Below, one piece after another: positions 49,835 through 63,912 of a DNA stretch of 64,000 nucleotides (positions within the stretch are counted from its first letter, which is position 1; every line of letters begins with the position of its first letter). The notes under the pieces were generated by a model that was given only the letters and a program-made list of their open reading frames with translations, did no database searches and had not been told where the DNA came from. A program made the position numbers and the translations under genes. Origin of the DNA: Macrostomum lignano (lineage: Eukaryota); assembly GCA_002269645.1 (NCBI GenBank), contig NIVC01002414.1:62001-126000 (forward strand), in the 5' to 3' direction.

Positions 49835-51015
49835 CTGGGGTAGATGGGAGATGAGAGGTAAAATGGAAAGCAGGTGGGAGATGAGAGGGAAATTAGGGAG
49901 TAGTAGGGAGATAAGAGGAAGATTGGAAAGTAGATGGGAGATGAGAGGGAGATTAGGAAGTTGAATGGGAGGTGAGAAGTAGACTAGGAAGTAGATGGGA
50001 GATAAGAAGGAGATTGGGGAGTACAAGGGAGATGAGAGGTAGATTAGGGAGTAAAAGTGAGATGAGAGGGAGATTAGGGAGTCGAAGGGAGATAAGAGGG
50101 ATATTGGGAAGTAGATGGGAGACGAGAAGTCGACAAGGAAATAGATGGAAGGTTAGAAGTAGACAGGGAAGTAGATGGGAGATAAAAATTAGACAGGGAA
50201 GTAGATTGGAGATGAGAAGTAGACTGGGAAGTAGATAAGAGACAAGAATTAGACAGGGAAGTAGATGGGAGACGAGAAGTCGACAAGGAAATAGATGAAA
50301 GGTTAGAATTAGACTGGGAAGTAGAATGGGAGATGAGAAGTAGACAGGGAAGTAGATGGGAGATGAGAAGTTGACAGGGAAGTAGATGGGAGATCAGAAG
50401 TAGACTGGGAAGTAGAATGGGAGGTGAGAAGTAGACAGGGAAGTAACTGGGAGATGAGAAGTAGACTGGGAAGTAGATGGAAGGTTATAAGTAGACAGGG
50501 AAGTAGATGGGAGATGAGAAGTAGACAGGGAAGTAGATGGGAGATGAGAAGTAGACAGGGAAGTAGCTGGGAGATGAGAAGTAGACTGGGAAGTAGATGG
50601 AAGGTTATAAGTAGACAGGGAAGTAGATGGGAGATGAGAAGTGGACAGGGAAGTAGATGGAAGGTTATAAGTAGACAGGGAAGTAGATGGGAGATGAGAA
50701 GTGGACAGGGAAGAAGATGGGAGATGAGAAGTAGACAGGGAAGTAGCTGGGAGATGAGAAGTAGACTGGAAAGTAGATGGAAGGTTATAAGTAGACAGGG
50801 AAGTAGATGGGAGATGAGAAGTGGACAGGGAAGTAGATGGGAGATGAGAAGTAGACAGGGAAGTAGCTGGGAGATGAGAAGTAGACTGGGAAGTAGATGG
50901 AAGGTTATAAGTAGACAGGGAAGTAGCTGGGAGATGAGAAGTAGACTGGGAAGTAGATGGAAGGTTATAAGTAGACAGGGAAGTAGCTGGGAGATGAGAA
51001 GTAGACAGGGAAGTA
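49835..51015 (+). repeat. 30-bp purine-rich minisatellite (AGTAGACAGGGAAGTAGATGGGAGATGAGA)
   Basis: About 39 copies; homogeneous at the 3' end, degenerate at the 5' end. Confidence 0.92.
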
Positions 51016-51547
51016 TAAGAGAGATGATATTTTTGTTTAGTTTTAAAAATAGCCGAAACAGATGCAGAAAAAATCTAACGAAACAAAAATGGACTGAGTG
51101 CATCAGGGATTCGATGCTCGGCTTCCTCGAACGCTATACCTCGAACTAGTCGTGAGCAGCAACATGAAACTTTCTAATAAAAAGCATCTCAGACTCTCTG
51201 CTTCGCTCGCCCACGCATCATCTCAGCAGGAAGCCATTATCAGCTTTATCTTTGTAACACTTTCAAAATGTCTAACCCTCCTTCTCATTAGCGCTGGATC
51301 CAGCTGCCTTGGAGGGAAAACTTCGCATCCTTACTTGGCTTCCCTTTTTTAGAGCTTAGTCTCGGGCCAAAATGTTCTGCCTTGCTCATAACCATTGCCA
51401 GCTTTGTCAGCCTTGGATTCTCGATCTTTTTATTGAGCCAATCTTCTTGGCTCAAGAGGCTAATCGTAATCCCTGGTAAATGACGGACTTGAGAAATAAA
51501 AGCTCTGATCTTGAACACCCGGAGCGAGACGAATTAAGCCTCACTGC

Positions 51548-52730
51548 CTCTCTCCCTGTCTCTCTCCCTGTCTCTCTCCCTGTCTCTCTCCCTGTCTCTC
51601 TCCCTGTCTCTCTCCCTGTCTCTCTCCCTGTCTCTCCCTGTCTCTCTCCCTGTCTCTCCCTGTCTCTCTCCCTGTCTCTCCCTGTCTCTCTCCCTGTCTC
51701 TCTCCCTGTCTCTCTCCCTGTCTCTCTCCCTGTCTCTCTCCCTGTCTCTCTCCCTGTCTCTCTCCCTGTCTCTCTCCCTGTCTCTCCCTGTCTCTCTCCC
51801 TGTCTCTCCCTGTCTCTCTCCCTGTCTCTCTCCCTGTCTCTCTCCCTGTCTCTCTCCCTGTCTCTCTCCCTGTCTCTTTCCCTGTCTCTCTCCCTGTCTC
51901 TCTCCCTGTCTCTCTCCCTGTCTCTCTCCCTGTCTCTCTCCCTGTCTCTCTCCCTGTCTCTCTCCCTGTCTCTCTCCCTGTCCCTCTCCCTGTCCCTCTC
52001 CCTGTCTCTCCCTGTCTCTCCCTGTCTCTCTCCCTGTCTCTCTCCCTGTCTCTCCCTGTCTCTCCCTGTCTCTCTCCCTGTCTCTCTCCCTGTCTCTCCC
52101 TGTCTCTCCCTGTCTCTCTCCCTGTCTCTCTTCCTGTCTCTCTCCCTGTCTCTCCCTGTCTCTCTCCCTGTCTCTCTTCCTGTCTCTCTCCCTGTCTCTC
52201 CCTGTCCCTCTCCCTGTCTCTCCCTGTCTCTCTCCCTGTCTCTCTCCCTGTCTCTCCCTGTCTCTCTCCCTGTCCCTCTCCCTGTCTCTCTCCCTGTCCC
52301 TCTCCCTGTCCCTCTCCCTGTCTCTCCCTGTCTCTCCCTGTCTCTCTCCCTGTCTCTCTCCCTGTCTCTCCCTGTCTCTCCCTGTCTCTCTCCCTGTCTC
52401 TCTTCCTGTCTCTCTCCCTGTCTCTCCCTGTCCCTCTCCCTGTCTCTCCCTGTCTCTCTCCCTGTCTCTCTCCCTGTCTCTCCCTGTCTCTCTCCCTGTC
52501 TCTCTCCCTGTCTCTCTCCCTGTCTCTCTCCCTGTCTCTCTCCCTGTCTCTCCCTGTCTCTCCCTGTCTCTCTCCCGTCTTTCTCCCTGTCTCTCTCCCT
52601 GTCTCTCTCCCTGTCTCTCTCCCTGTCTCTCTCCCTGTCTCTCCATGTCTCTCTCCCGGTCTTTCTCCCTATCTCTATCCCTGTCTCTCTCCCTGTCTCT
52701 CTCCCTATCTCTATCCCTGCCTCTCCCTGC
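51548..52730 (+). repeat. (TCTCCCTGTC[TC])n 10/12-bp pyrimidine-rich repeat
   Basis: Tandem copies; source of the RDRE and SLPV ORFs. Confidence 0.95.
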
Positions 52731-53391
52731 CTGTCTCTTTCTCTACCTGTTTGTCTGTCTCGCCACGTGCCTCTCTCCCTGACAGTCTGTGTCTTTTTCT
52801 CTCCTCGCCTTTTTTGATGCAAAGGTTTCATTTCATTAGGCTTTTTGGCTCGACTAATCACCGATTCAAAAATGAGTTCGTGACTGAAATCAGTTTATAG
52901 AAGAAAGTCTTTAATCAATTTTTTGAGATTAAGATTTTTTTTGCGTTCGAATTTAGTTGCTAAGGCTATTCGAATGCCGAGAAATAACTAGTCGCAGAGT
53001 CGCCTCCAGATGCGTTCGAGTACTCTAGAATCACCTAGAGTAGATTGAGATAGGGGAGAACACTCATGGAATCCCGGGGATAAAAAAATAAATTTCTGGT
53101 AGAATTCGAGTCTCAGTAGCAAGTTTTGGCTGCGGGCTACAGCGGGCTCAGAGAAGCGGAGATGGAGTATACAGCGGCTGCACAATCAATGAGTCAATCA
53201 ATCAATTTATCTGCCTTCCGAGCACCGAAAATAGAAAATTCAGAGAGACAGAAAGCGGGCTAGATCCATCCAGTGCAGGAGAGAAGATCAAAGAGTAGGT
53301 AACTTCCTCAGCCACCACAAAGTTTGCCGCAGTTCGAGGCGGGAGGGTCTTGGTGGGTATATTTAGGGCTTTAGGATTGCCCTAAAGTCTG

Positions 53392-53676
<285 letters not shown>

Positions 53677-54327
53677 TTAAAAGAGGTGGCCATATAAAAG
53701 GCAACAGTCAGTAAGCAGAGGCAATGGGTAGCGGCCACCGAGACAAACCCGCAGGCACTGAGGTAGCCGGCTCCCGTGGCCAGAGAGCGGTCTATCTCTC
53801 TAGCCCTGCTCCGATGCGCGGCTGGGCACTAAAATGCCAACCCTCTGTCCACCCCCCAAACGGTAGTCGACTCCAGTTGATAAATAATTAAAGAGAAGCA
53901 GGAGGGCAACGCGGCCTGTCCGGCTCCTCGGATGGGGGGTGTGGGTGGATCAAGGCAGCTGGGTTGAGCCCCTCCCCCGCCCGCCTCCCTACTGATAGAT
54001 TGCTACCACAGACATTGCAGTTGAGCAGGTTCTGTGCCGGTGCATAGTCCATGCTGGCGCATGGGTGCATTGTTATGCCAGCTCTATAGAGAGGCATACA
54101 CCAATGCTCAGGGTTCCAAGCTTTCAGTTTAACAGGGGCATTAAGCTCAATTCGCTAAGAGAGAGAGAGAGTGGGAAGTCGGCGCCGTATTGTCAAAAAA
54201 TATTGTGAGAAATTGACTTTTAACAATGGTCCATAAATCTTCTTTGTTTGGCTACTTTTAGAATTTTCATCGCGCTTTTCTTGTCTGAATTGGTTTCCAG
54301 CAAGCTGGTTTTGTGAGTCTGAGGGGT

Positions 54328-54925
54328 CTGGTCACTCCGCCAGCTTTCAGAATACTCTCTCTGGTCACTCCGACTCTCTCTGGTCACTCCGCCAGCTTTC
54401 AGAATACTCTCTCTGGTCACTTCGACTCTCTCTGGTCACTCCGACTCTCTCTGGTCACTCCAACTCTCTCTGGTCACTCCGACTCTCTCTGGTCACTCCG
54501 ACTCTCTCTGGTCACTCCGACTCTCTCTGGTCCCTCCGATTCTCTCTAGTCACCCCGATTTTCTCTGGTCACTCCGACTCTCTCTGGTCACTCCGACTCT
54601 CTCTGGTCACTCCGCCAGCTTTCAGAATACTTTCTCTGGTCACTCCGACTCTCTCTGGTCACTCCGCCAGCTTTCAGAATACTTTCTCTGGTCACTCCGA
54701 CTCTCTCTGGTCACTCCGACTCTTTTTGGTCATTCCGACTCTCTCTGGTCACTCCGACTCTTTTTGGTCATTCCGACTCTCTCTGGTCACTCCGACTCTT
54801 TTTGGTCATTCCGACTCTCTCTGGTCACTCCGACTCTTTTTGGTCATTCCGACTCTCTCTGGTCACTCCGACTCTTTTTGGTCATTCCGACTCTCTCTGG
54901 TCACTCAGATTCTCTCTTGGTCACT
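54328..54925 (+). repeat. 19-bp minisatellite (GGTCACTCCGACTCTCTCT)
   Basis: Tandem copies with inserted GCCAGCTTTCAGAAT variants. Confidence 0.9.
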
Positions 54926-54944
54926 CCGAATAATCACCCTAATC

Positions 54945-55080
54945 ACACTGATGTTTCACTCAATAGCCACTTTGATCACACTATTGGTTCACTCAATAGC
55001 TACTTTGATCACACTATTGGTTCACTCAATAGCCACTTTGATCACAGTAATGATTCACTCAATAGCCACTTTGATCACAC
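54945..55080 (+). repeat. 33-bp repeat (CACTCAATAGCCACTTTGATCACACTATTGGTT), about 4 copies
   Basis: Tandem copies. Confidence 0.8.
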
Positions 55081-55799
55081 TATCACACTAATGATTCACT
55101 GTCATTTAGGCTGTTATTTAAGCTTCTGTCATTTATTTAAGCTGTTATTTAAGCTTATGAAATTCTGTCAATTTCATAACAAGCACAAAAAACAGTTACC
55201 TGTCACTGAAATGCTGTCCACCTATATTAGCCTCGATCAGTTCATGCTGATTAACAAAACAAGCGATCACCAAGACCAATAATGTGTCATTAATTTTTTC
55301 TCAATTGAGACTTCATGGACGATTATCTAATCCGCTGCCAAGTCCTTGACCCTGAATGATAAACTGATGAGACTGAAACCACTCTGCTTCTGACTATCTG
55401 TAAAATTATAGCTGCTTTTTCAACCCAGCAACCAATCAGAAGGTCTCAACCAATCAGGGTTGAGCCAGTTTTCTGTAAGGTTGGCTGACGAAAAGAACGC
55501 AACGAAAAACCGATCCCATTGAACCGCTGTTCAGCTTTTTTGGTACGCTAACTTGTCATTTACTCGTAGGAATAGATGTCAATTAATATTATTGATAACC
55601 TTGAAACACTAATCGATCTGGGCGTGATTTTTGGCTCTCTGTTTGTGAGAATTGACCTTGAATCACGTGATCCTTGTGTGTCTTTCGCCACGCACCGTGT
55701 GAAAAGTGACCTTGAATCACGTGATTTGGTGTGCAGCTGGTATATCTTTTCACTATCTAAATATACATTGTGCCCATCTCTCCCTTTTTTGTCTTTCGA

Positions 55800-56680
<881 letters not shown>

Positions 56681-57744
56681 CTTCTCCATCTCGCCAATAG
56701 CAAATTAAATATTTGTCCCAGATAACTGCAATTTTGTTGCTCATGCATGAGTTCTTTCGTTCCGAGTAAAAATTAAATTATCACACTCCAGTGAAAGCAA
56801 AAAAAAAACAAAAATATTGGAACAAGGTACGAGCTAGAAGCGCAATGAGACATGATTGATGAATGAATGTCAAATTAGGAAAAACAAAAGTTACTACTAA
56901 TTGCATAATATAAATTGGGTCAAATTGAAAAAAATGAAAACCATCACGGAAGGTCATTGAACCTCCAGCTTGAAGGTGTCTGTTTCCATTTTTATAATCT
57001 AATTTTGCCTGAACTTGCTGCTTTTTTTCTTCAGAATGGTTATAGAGTCTGGTTATAAGATTTTTCTTGGTGCCTTTATCCTATCTCATCATGGAGACTC
57101 TTGTCGGGTCACGGAGATCCCTGTTTGGTCATAAGATCCCATGTCTGATCATAGTGATCCTTGTCTAGTCATAGTGATCCCTATCTGGTCATAGTGATCC
57201 CTGTCTGATCATAATGATCCCTGTATTTGGTCATATTGATCCTTGTCTGATCATAGAGATGGTAATATAATCCTGTTCAAAGAGACTCTGCTCTATAATC
57301 TCACCAGAACTTTTTTACGCACTTACAAGGTGCATTTCCGCAATTTAATTTTTTGAGAAAAAAGGAACGCCTCATTAGAAAAGGGACATGGAATATAATT
57401 TGCTCTGGCAATGGCAGGATTTCCTCTGCTAATTTCTGGGGATTTAGGGAATTTTCTCTGTCCTATTGCTTGCCTTGGAGACGGGCCCTAACTTATAAGC
57501 CGATTTTAAACAGATTAAGCTGTTCCAAAACTGCCAAACAGACAGACGCCTGCTTCTCAATGCGGAATTTGAGTCCACTTTTTAGGACTATTCGGACCAG
57601 ATTAAAAGGGCTTCTTCCTTCTCTGGGGGGGGGGGATTTCCATGACGAATTTCGAATCTGGAAGTTTTGGGAATCTCTCTTTGGAACTTTTCTAAATTAA
57701 TCTATCTGACAGCTCTTTGCCGCTGTCGCGTAGAGTTCAAGGAC

Positions 57745-58405
57745 CACCCTATCTGGTCATTGACTGTCTGATCATAGGCTCTGACCTCCCTATCTGGTCA
57801 TTGACTATCTGATCATAGGCTTTGACCTCCCTATCTGGTCATTGACTATCTGATCATAGGCTTTGACTTCCCCATCTGGTCATAGACTATCTGATCATAG
57901 GCTCTGACCTCCCCATCTGGTCATTGACTATCTGATCATAGGCTCTGACTTCCCCATCTGGTCATTGACGATCTGATCATAGGCTTTGACTTCCCCATCT
58001 GGTCATTGACTATCTGATCATAGGCTCTGACTTCCCCATCTGGTCATTGACGATCTGATCATAGGCTTTGACTTCCCCATCTGGTCATTGACTATCTGAT
58101 CATAGGCTCTGACTTCCCCATCTGGTCATTGACTATCTGATCATAGGCTTTGACTTTCCCATCTGGTCATTGACTATCTGATCATAGGCTTTGACTTCCC
58201 CATCTGGTCATTGACTATCTGATCATAGCTAGGCTCTGACCTCCCCATCTGGTCATTGACTATCTGATCATAGCTAGGCTCTGACCTCCCTATCTGGTCA
58301 TTGACTATCTGATCATAGGGTCTGACCTCCCCATCTGGTCATTGACTATCTGATCATAGCTAGGCTCTGACCTCCCCATCTGGTCATTGACTATCTGATC
58401 ATAGG
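57745..58405 (+). repeat. 41-bp minisatellite (CCCTATCTGGTCATTGACTATCTGATCATAGGCTCTGACCT)
   Basis: About 16 copies; a related degenerate 20-bp repeat lies at 57095-57260. Confidence 0.92.
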
Positions 58406-61400
58406 GGTTTCCTACTGTTGTAATTCAATGCATACAAACTGATCTTAAATAACGTATATAAAGTTATTTTCGTTACGTGTCGGCAACAACAACAAATCAA
58501 GTGTCGCATCAAGTGCCGTTCAAGTTCAGTGCCACACGCTATCGGCTTCTCTGCCCACTGACTGACAGAAGATTAACAAGTTTCTTCATTTCCTTCTGCA
58601 ACAACAAGCATCGATGGCACGCGGAAGAAATTCTCAGATCTGAGAAATCAAGAGAATTCTTCCCGAAAGCAGAAAAGAGAAATATTTCCCTTCTTAAGAC
58701 AAGGATCGGGAGAGTTATCCTGTTGTACTATACAAGTGTGGGGGGATTAACAAGAATCGGAAGAGAAAGAGGAGAAAAAGGGATTAACAATCTGGCAGAG
58801 ATAGATAGATAGATAGGCGTAAAGTAAAGCTAACCAACTCCGAATGCATTTCTTAATCTCGCAGCATCCACGGTTTTTGGCTTTTGACAGTATTGGATTA
58901 GATCGAGTGGGTTGAGCTTGCATGGATATATACATGTAGTTAAAGCAGACTTTCGAGGGTGGGCTATTGGATAATTTCACTCGCTCTTAAAATCGACGCG
59001 AGCTGTTCTGCAGTTGCTCTTGGGTCGGATTGTTGATTGGGGAACGACCCCTTGCAAATCTGTGAAATATTCTTTCAGAAAAATTAGTTCCCATCAGTTG
59101 AGTCGGATTGCAGGTCCCCAAAGAGAATTTTTTAACTGATTGCTTTGACATACGCGCATAGTTTGTAAAAAGTTGCGCCGAGATTTTCAGTTCAGTTCGT
59201 TTACGAGAATTTTCATCCGATTTCATTGCCTATTAGACTGCAGAGATGATAAAAAGAGTAAAAATGCTTTTTATACTACTTACAAAAAAGAGTAGCATCT
59301 GATTTTCGTCTATACATACAGCGAGGAAGCCAATCTCGACGGCTGTGACTGGAGAACGCGAAGTTCGCGAACTTAAAGTTGCAACGTTTGCAAACAATTG
59401 GTACAGCTGTAACCTACAATGTACTCGTAACTCAGCAAAATGTTAATTAGTAATTCCACCCCGAAACCATGAGGCAAACTTTTCCCAAATCTTCATGCAG
59501 CCCCAGAAGTGACGCAATTCAGACCAACGCCAGAGGTTCTCGCAAGGACGCTGGCGTAAAAATACTAAATACTACTAAATACTAACTTACGCCACGTTAA
59601 TGGTTGGAAATTCTAGAAAAGACCGGCCCTTGCTTTAGCTAAATTAAATGTATATGTTATGGCAATGAAGCCTTTTCGATCAAATAAAGAAGTGAATGTT
59701 TATTAATTGTTGTTGTTATGTATAGTCCTTGGGTTCTCGTCTACCAGGTACTTCGGGTGATGCAAGTGCAAAGCAAGTTTGATATTTTGGTGACGATGCA
59801 TGCACCTGTTTCGGTGTGGAAATTCTAACATATTGCTGAGTGTATATGCCCTGCGTAGATCGAGTGCTACTATATCGCGTCGTGATACAGTATTACGTCC
59901 ATTGTGAGATCTACATTTAACCACTTCTGCCCCTCAAGCCTATGCACTCTCTCTGAGAAAAACCGTTGGCTGCAGAGCAGCCATAGACATCTGCATCTAC
60001 CCACAAGCAGCCACAGCATTCACTCTTTGAAAATCCGCTGGCTGCAGAGTAGCCATAGATTCACTAAAGAGCTGTGTAATATGGGTGCTGTTTTTTATGG
60101 CTGCTCTGCAAGCCACAAAAGTGTTTTCTCAGAGTGAGTGGCAGGGTGCCGCTGGTGCTGGTCATAGACAGCTGTGGCTGCGGGCATTCAGCAGATGGCA
60201 GATGGCTGCAGAGCAGCCAGCGGGTTTGAAGGTGTTAATTAGAGCACTGCCAGTATATGTACTGAAGACTTTATTCCTCTTATTCATATGTGGATTCATC
60301 ATTCATACATTCATACATTCATATATGTACAATAAACTCTCAGTATGCATCTCAAAACTACTCAATTCTTCACAAAACCAATTATTCAACTGCGGAAAAC
60401 CCTAATTATTAGCTTACTAGAATCTGACCGAAATATGAATACTCGAAAAATTTAATCCTTACAAACTACGTTATAAATCTTATTAAAGCTCAATCTTTCT
60501 ACAGGCACATATGCATACAAAATGCATGTGGTACATGTAGATTGTCTACTTTGTGCCTGTGGGCCTTGTCTGAGCAGGCCCACAGGCACAAAGTAATGCG
60601 TTATTAATTGGTCTATTGCAAAAAAGATGTTTTTCCATACTGTTTTCCTTGTTTTATGCAACATCCGTGTATTTAAACTTTTTTTCAATATGCAATATTC
60701 AATATTTAATAGAATTTTTATTTAAAAAGCAATTAACATTATTCGTTTTGCTATGTTCGTAAAGCAAGAGAGCGTTTTTGTTTATATGTAGGCTTGTTGT
60801 TTTGATTTGTCAGTTTCTATGAACGCCAGAAACGCCAGAAAGTAAGGGTTAAAACGCGAAGCGAAGGCCACCCACTCGTCGACCATCGTCAATATGAGAG
60901 ATTGCGTTAACGCAAGCTTGCCAACACCAAACCTGACCAATAAAAAACGTGCAATGTATCACAACTGCGCACTTATTTCATCAGACTTCTAGTCAGTTGC
61001 GTGTCTGTTTGATTAGGCTACCAGTTTATGCTTTTATATAGGCCTAATACAGCTAATAATAGCATTTCAATCAGGGTGTTTTTGCGATTTATGGCATATG
61101 CCATTCTATATATATTTGGGTAGTTTATTGGCTATCTTACTTTGTCACTTTCTCACTCACTTTATATCTCACTGTGACTTCATAAGTGATATAAATTACT
61201 GTCTAAATTGTTATTGGTAAAAAATTTTACAGAACCAAATTAGGCTACTTTATATTTTTCTATACTTTAATTTGAAAAATTGATTCAAAATTCAAAACTA
61301 CTCAGCAATTGTCAAACAAATTCCAATCAAGTACTTGACATTAATTTTTACTTGTCCAAAATCAAAGCTTCATTGAACTATAGGCCCTAACTTTCAATTT

Positions 61401-61413
61401 TAATAGTCAAATG

Positions 61414-62012
61414 CCATAGTCTGGATCATGCTGGACTTACGCCGGAGGAAAAATCCAACATTTTTTGGCACTTACACCAGACTTACACCAACCAAAAAAG
61501 GTCCCTCTGACTTACGCCACCCAAAAAAGGTCCCTCACAATTCTTGTGAATAGAATAGAATAGAATAGAATAGATGATTTACAATTAATCAGTGATTAAT
61601 TAACTTCAGAAGTTGCAACTGCTTAAAAATCTCACAAGTTGCAAATTCTGAATCAAGAATCAAAGTAAGCATCTTGAAGCTAAAAAAACTTTTGCTATCC
61701 TACAATAGATATTCTGCTAGGCCTATCTCATTTATACAAACTGCAATATTTTAATGAACTTTGTTTTAATGCTGCTCTTTAACATCATAATTAACGCAAA
61801 TGTGTAATGTTCTATAGTGATACATTTGATTGTGAATGATCTCATTTGTGCCAACATTTATACCACTTGATTTATGCCATGTACTTATGCCAAGCACTTA
61901 TGCCAAGGCACATTTTGGCCTATACTTACGCCAAGCACTTACGCCAGCCTCCGATCCCAAACCAGATTTATGCCGGAGATCTCTGGCGTAAATGACATGA
62001 TCCGGACTATGG
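61414..62012. mobile_element. 599-bp non-autonomous DNA transposon (MITE) with about 34-bp imperfect TIRs and an 8-bp TSD
   Basis: Left end CCATAGTCTGGATCATGCTGGACTTACGCCGGAG; right end reverse-complemented CCATAGTCCGGATCATGTCATTTACGCCAGAG. GTCAAATG at 61406-61413 and 62013-62020. About 10 subterminal YTTAYRCC motifs. Confidence 0.9.
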
Positions 62013-63264
62013 GTCAAATGTAAAAGAGCAATCAGCAATGTAGCATAAAACTAACAATAATAGGGCCTACTAATACTAAGGCCTAATATATTTAGCATTG
62101 TCAATACTGGAGATGAGAGAGATTTTGTGATTTTTAGTTCAATAAGAATAGAAACAATATTGAGGTAGGGCGAAGGAAGTTTTTAGGGAGATTTGGTAGT
62201 TGGTAGGATTGTCCAGTGGTCGCTTGATTTAATGTCGAGTATGAGCGGCTCAGGCCTTCAAATTGGTGCCGTCGTTAATTTGCACAGATTAAATCCGGAA
62301 AATTTGTGTGGACGAATCCTAGTTAAAATGTCTCATAGTCCGGATACTCCGACTGCCGGGGTCCTCAATCCCGGGGGGAGGGTAGTTTTAGTCGTAGGTG
62401 AGCGGTCTTCGTTGGCGCGAGCATTCAGAGCAGGTCCTCAGACACCGAATTTATCGTATCTCGTATGTTTGACTTAACTTGTTACTAACAGTAGAGTAGC
62501 GCTGCCACCACCATAATTCGCATATTATGGAACGTTAGGGTCTCAGAGCTTGCTTCAAGATGAGACTAGGTTGTTTTATGCCCCACAGGCAAATGACTCA
62601 AAATAAGCTAGGCTTCGGGTTATTAATGAGAAAATTAATGTTAGATCAACTGTTTTATTAAAAGTTCAGCGACAGGATACTAAGTTAATAAGTAATAAGT
62701 TCAATGGAGAAAATAGCTTGGCGTGTGTGCAAAATCAACTAAGAGTAGCAAATAGTAGAGGGGACCGAACCCTACTCCGGCAGATGATTGGCTGGTGCCG
62801 CAGTGCACGACTGGAAAAAATAAACGACTTAATGCTAGTTGTAAATAAGTTGGGCGGATTAGAGATTGAAAATGCAAAAGATGGACAAATGAGGTCAAAC
62901 ATTGGTGGCAAAAGGTGGTCATGGGGTCCAAGCAACGAACAGACAAAATTAACAAGGAAAGATAGGCCAATAGCAAAGTTTCCAAAGGAGGGACACAAAA
63001 GACCAGAAAAAGGAGTGGGAAAACCATCGCAAGAATGGGGAAAACTGACAGAATAAACCAACAACTGGGGCACAGGGTGGACACAGAGGACCAAAAACTG
63101 GAGACAGCGGGAATGGGTCAAAAGGTGGTTTAATAAGTCACATAAAATAATATTAAATTTAGAAACTAAAATAATAAAGTTCATTAGATTGTTAGTGGCA
63201 GCCCCCAACTGCCACAGTCTCGGGGGAGCCGTACCTTTTTCAAAATCTTCGGACCTCCTGGTCC

Positions 63265-63912
63265 TCATTGGTAGCATCCTCGATGGGCGGCGGCGCGTCC
63301 TCCGCGATTGGCTGGCCGGGTGCCACGGGGCGGGCCTCCGTTCGCAGCAGCCAAGTCGGCAGTCGGCGGGGCCGGGGCCAGCTGCGCACTGTTCGAGGCC
63401 AAGGTCGATGGGGCTGGGCGCAATGGCCAGCCCACAAGCTGCACTTGGCCATCGACGTACAGCAGTCGCTCAGAGCGCTTGGCCACGGCCACGTCCCAAA
63501 AGATACATAGACGGGGAATCCATCCGTTGGCGAGATGGCCTGCCTCCCAATAGCCAATGGCTGGAAAGAGTGCCAGGGCCGGACGCTGGGTTCCTCCGCA
63601 CTGTAACAAGCAGATCTCAGCTTGGCGCAGTTGTTCATCGAGCAGATCGTGGGTGTGCTTGGGCCACATCAGCTTCAGTAAGATGCGCCAGGGTGCGTCA
63701 AGCTGAATTCGCCCTCGCCGGGACGCCTGTCTCCGGGCTTCATCGAGTTCTGTTTTTAGCCATTGACAGATGGGAGCTGTGCCAGTCAGAGTGGCTGATA
63801 AAGTCCGCAGCTCCTCGGGTTCTCCTATGCTGAGCCAGGGTGGTTGAGCAGATGGGGGTTCGGGTGCCGGCGTCGGGGGGCTAGCAGCTCCCAGGTTGGC
63901 GTTGTTGTTCAT
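63265..63912 (-). CDS. Unidentified protein-coding exon (215-aa ORF; 3' end uncertain)
   Basis: GC-rich, non-repetitive ORF starting at ATG, with an acceptor-like CTATCAG 19 nt upstream. Globular-looking core (CQWLKTEL...IGYWEAG...LCIFWDV). No family recognised. Confidence 0.55.
   Translation of the reverse strand: MNNNANLGAASPPTPAPEPPSAQPPWLSIGEPEELRTLSATLTGTAPICQWLKTELDEARRQASRRGRIQLDAPWRILLKLMWPKHTHDLLDEQLRQAEICLLQCGGTQRPALALFPAIGYWEAGHLANGWIPRLCIFWDVAVAKRSERLLYVDGQVQLVGWPLRPAPSTLASNSAQLAPAPPTADLAAANGGPPRGTRPANRGGRAAAHRGCYQ

Noticed and set aside
51452-52861. 370-469-aa RDRE/ERQG ORFs resembling SR-like proteins
   Set aside because: Translations of a 10/12-bp repeat in multiple frames.
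59703-59924. Minus ORF with HNGRNTVSRRDIV, like a histone-fold HxxRxTV..D motif
   Set aside because: Short ORF with no flanking helices or splice support; probably coincidental.
58631-60915. Perfect 14-16-bp palindromes at 58631, 59361 and 60902
   Set aside because: About 4 perfect 14-bp palindromes are expected by chance in 64 kb (64000/4^7).
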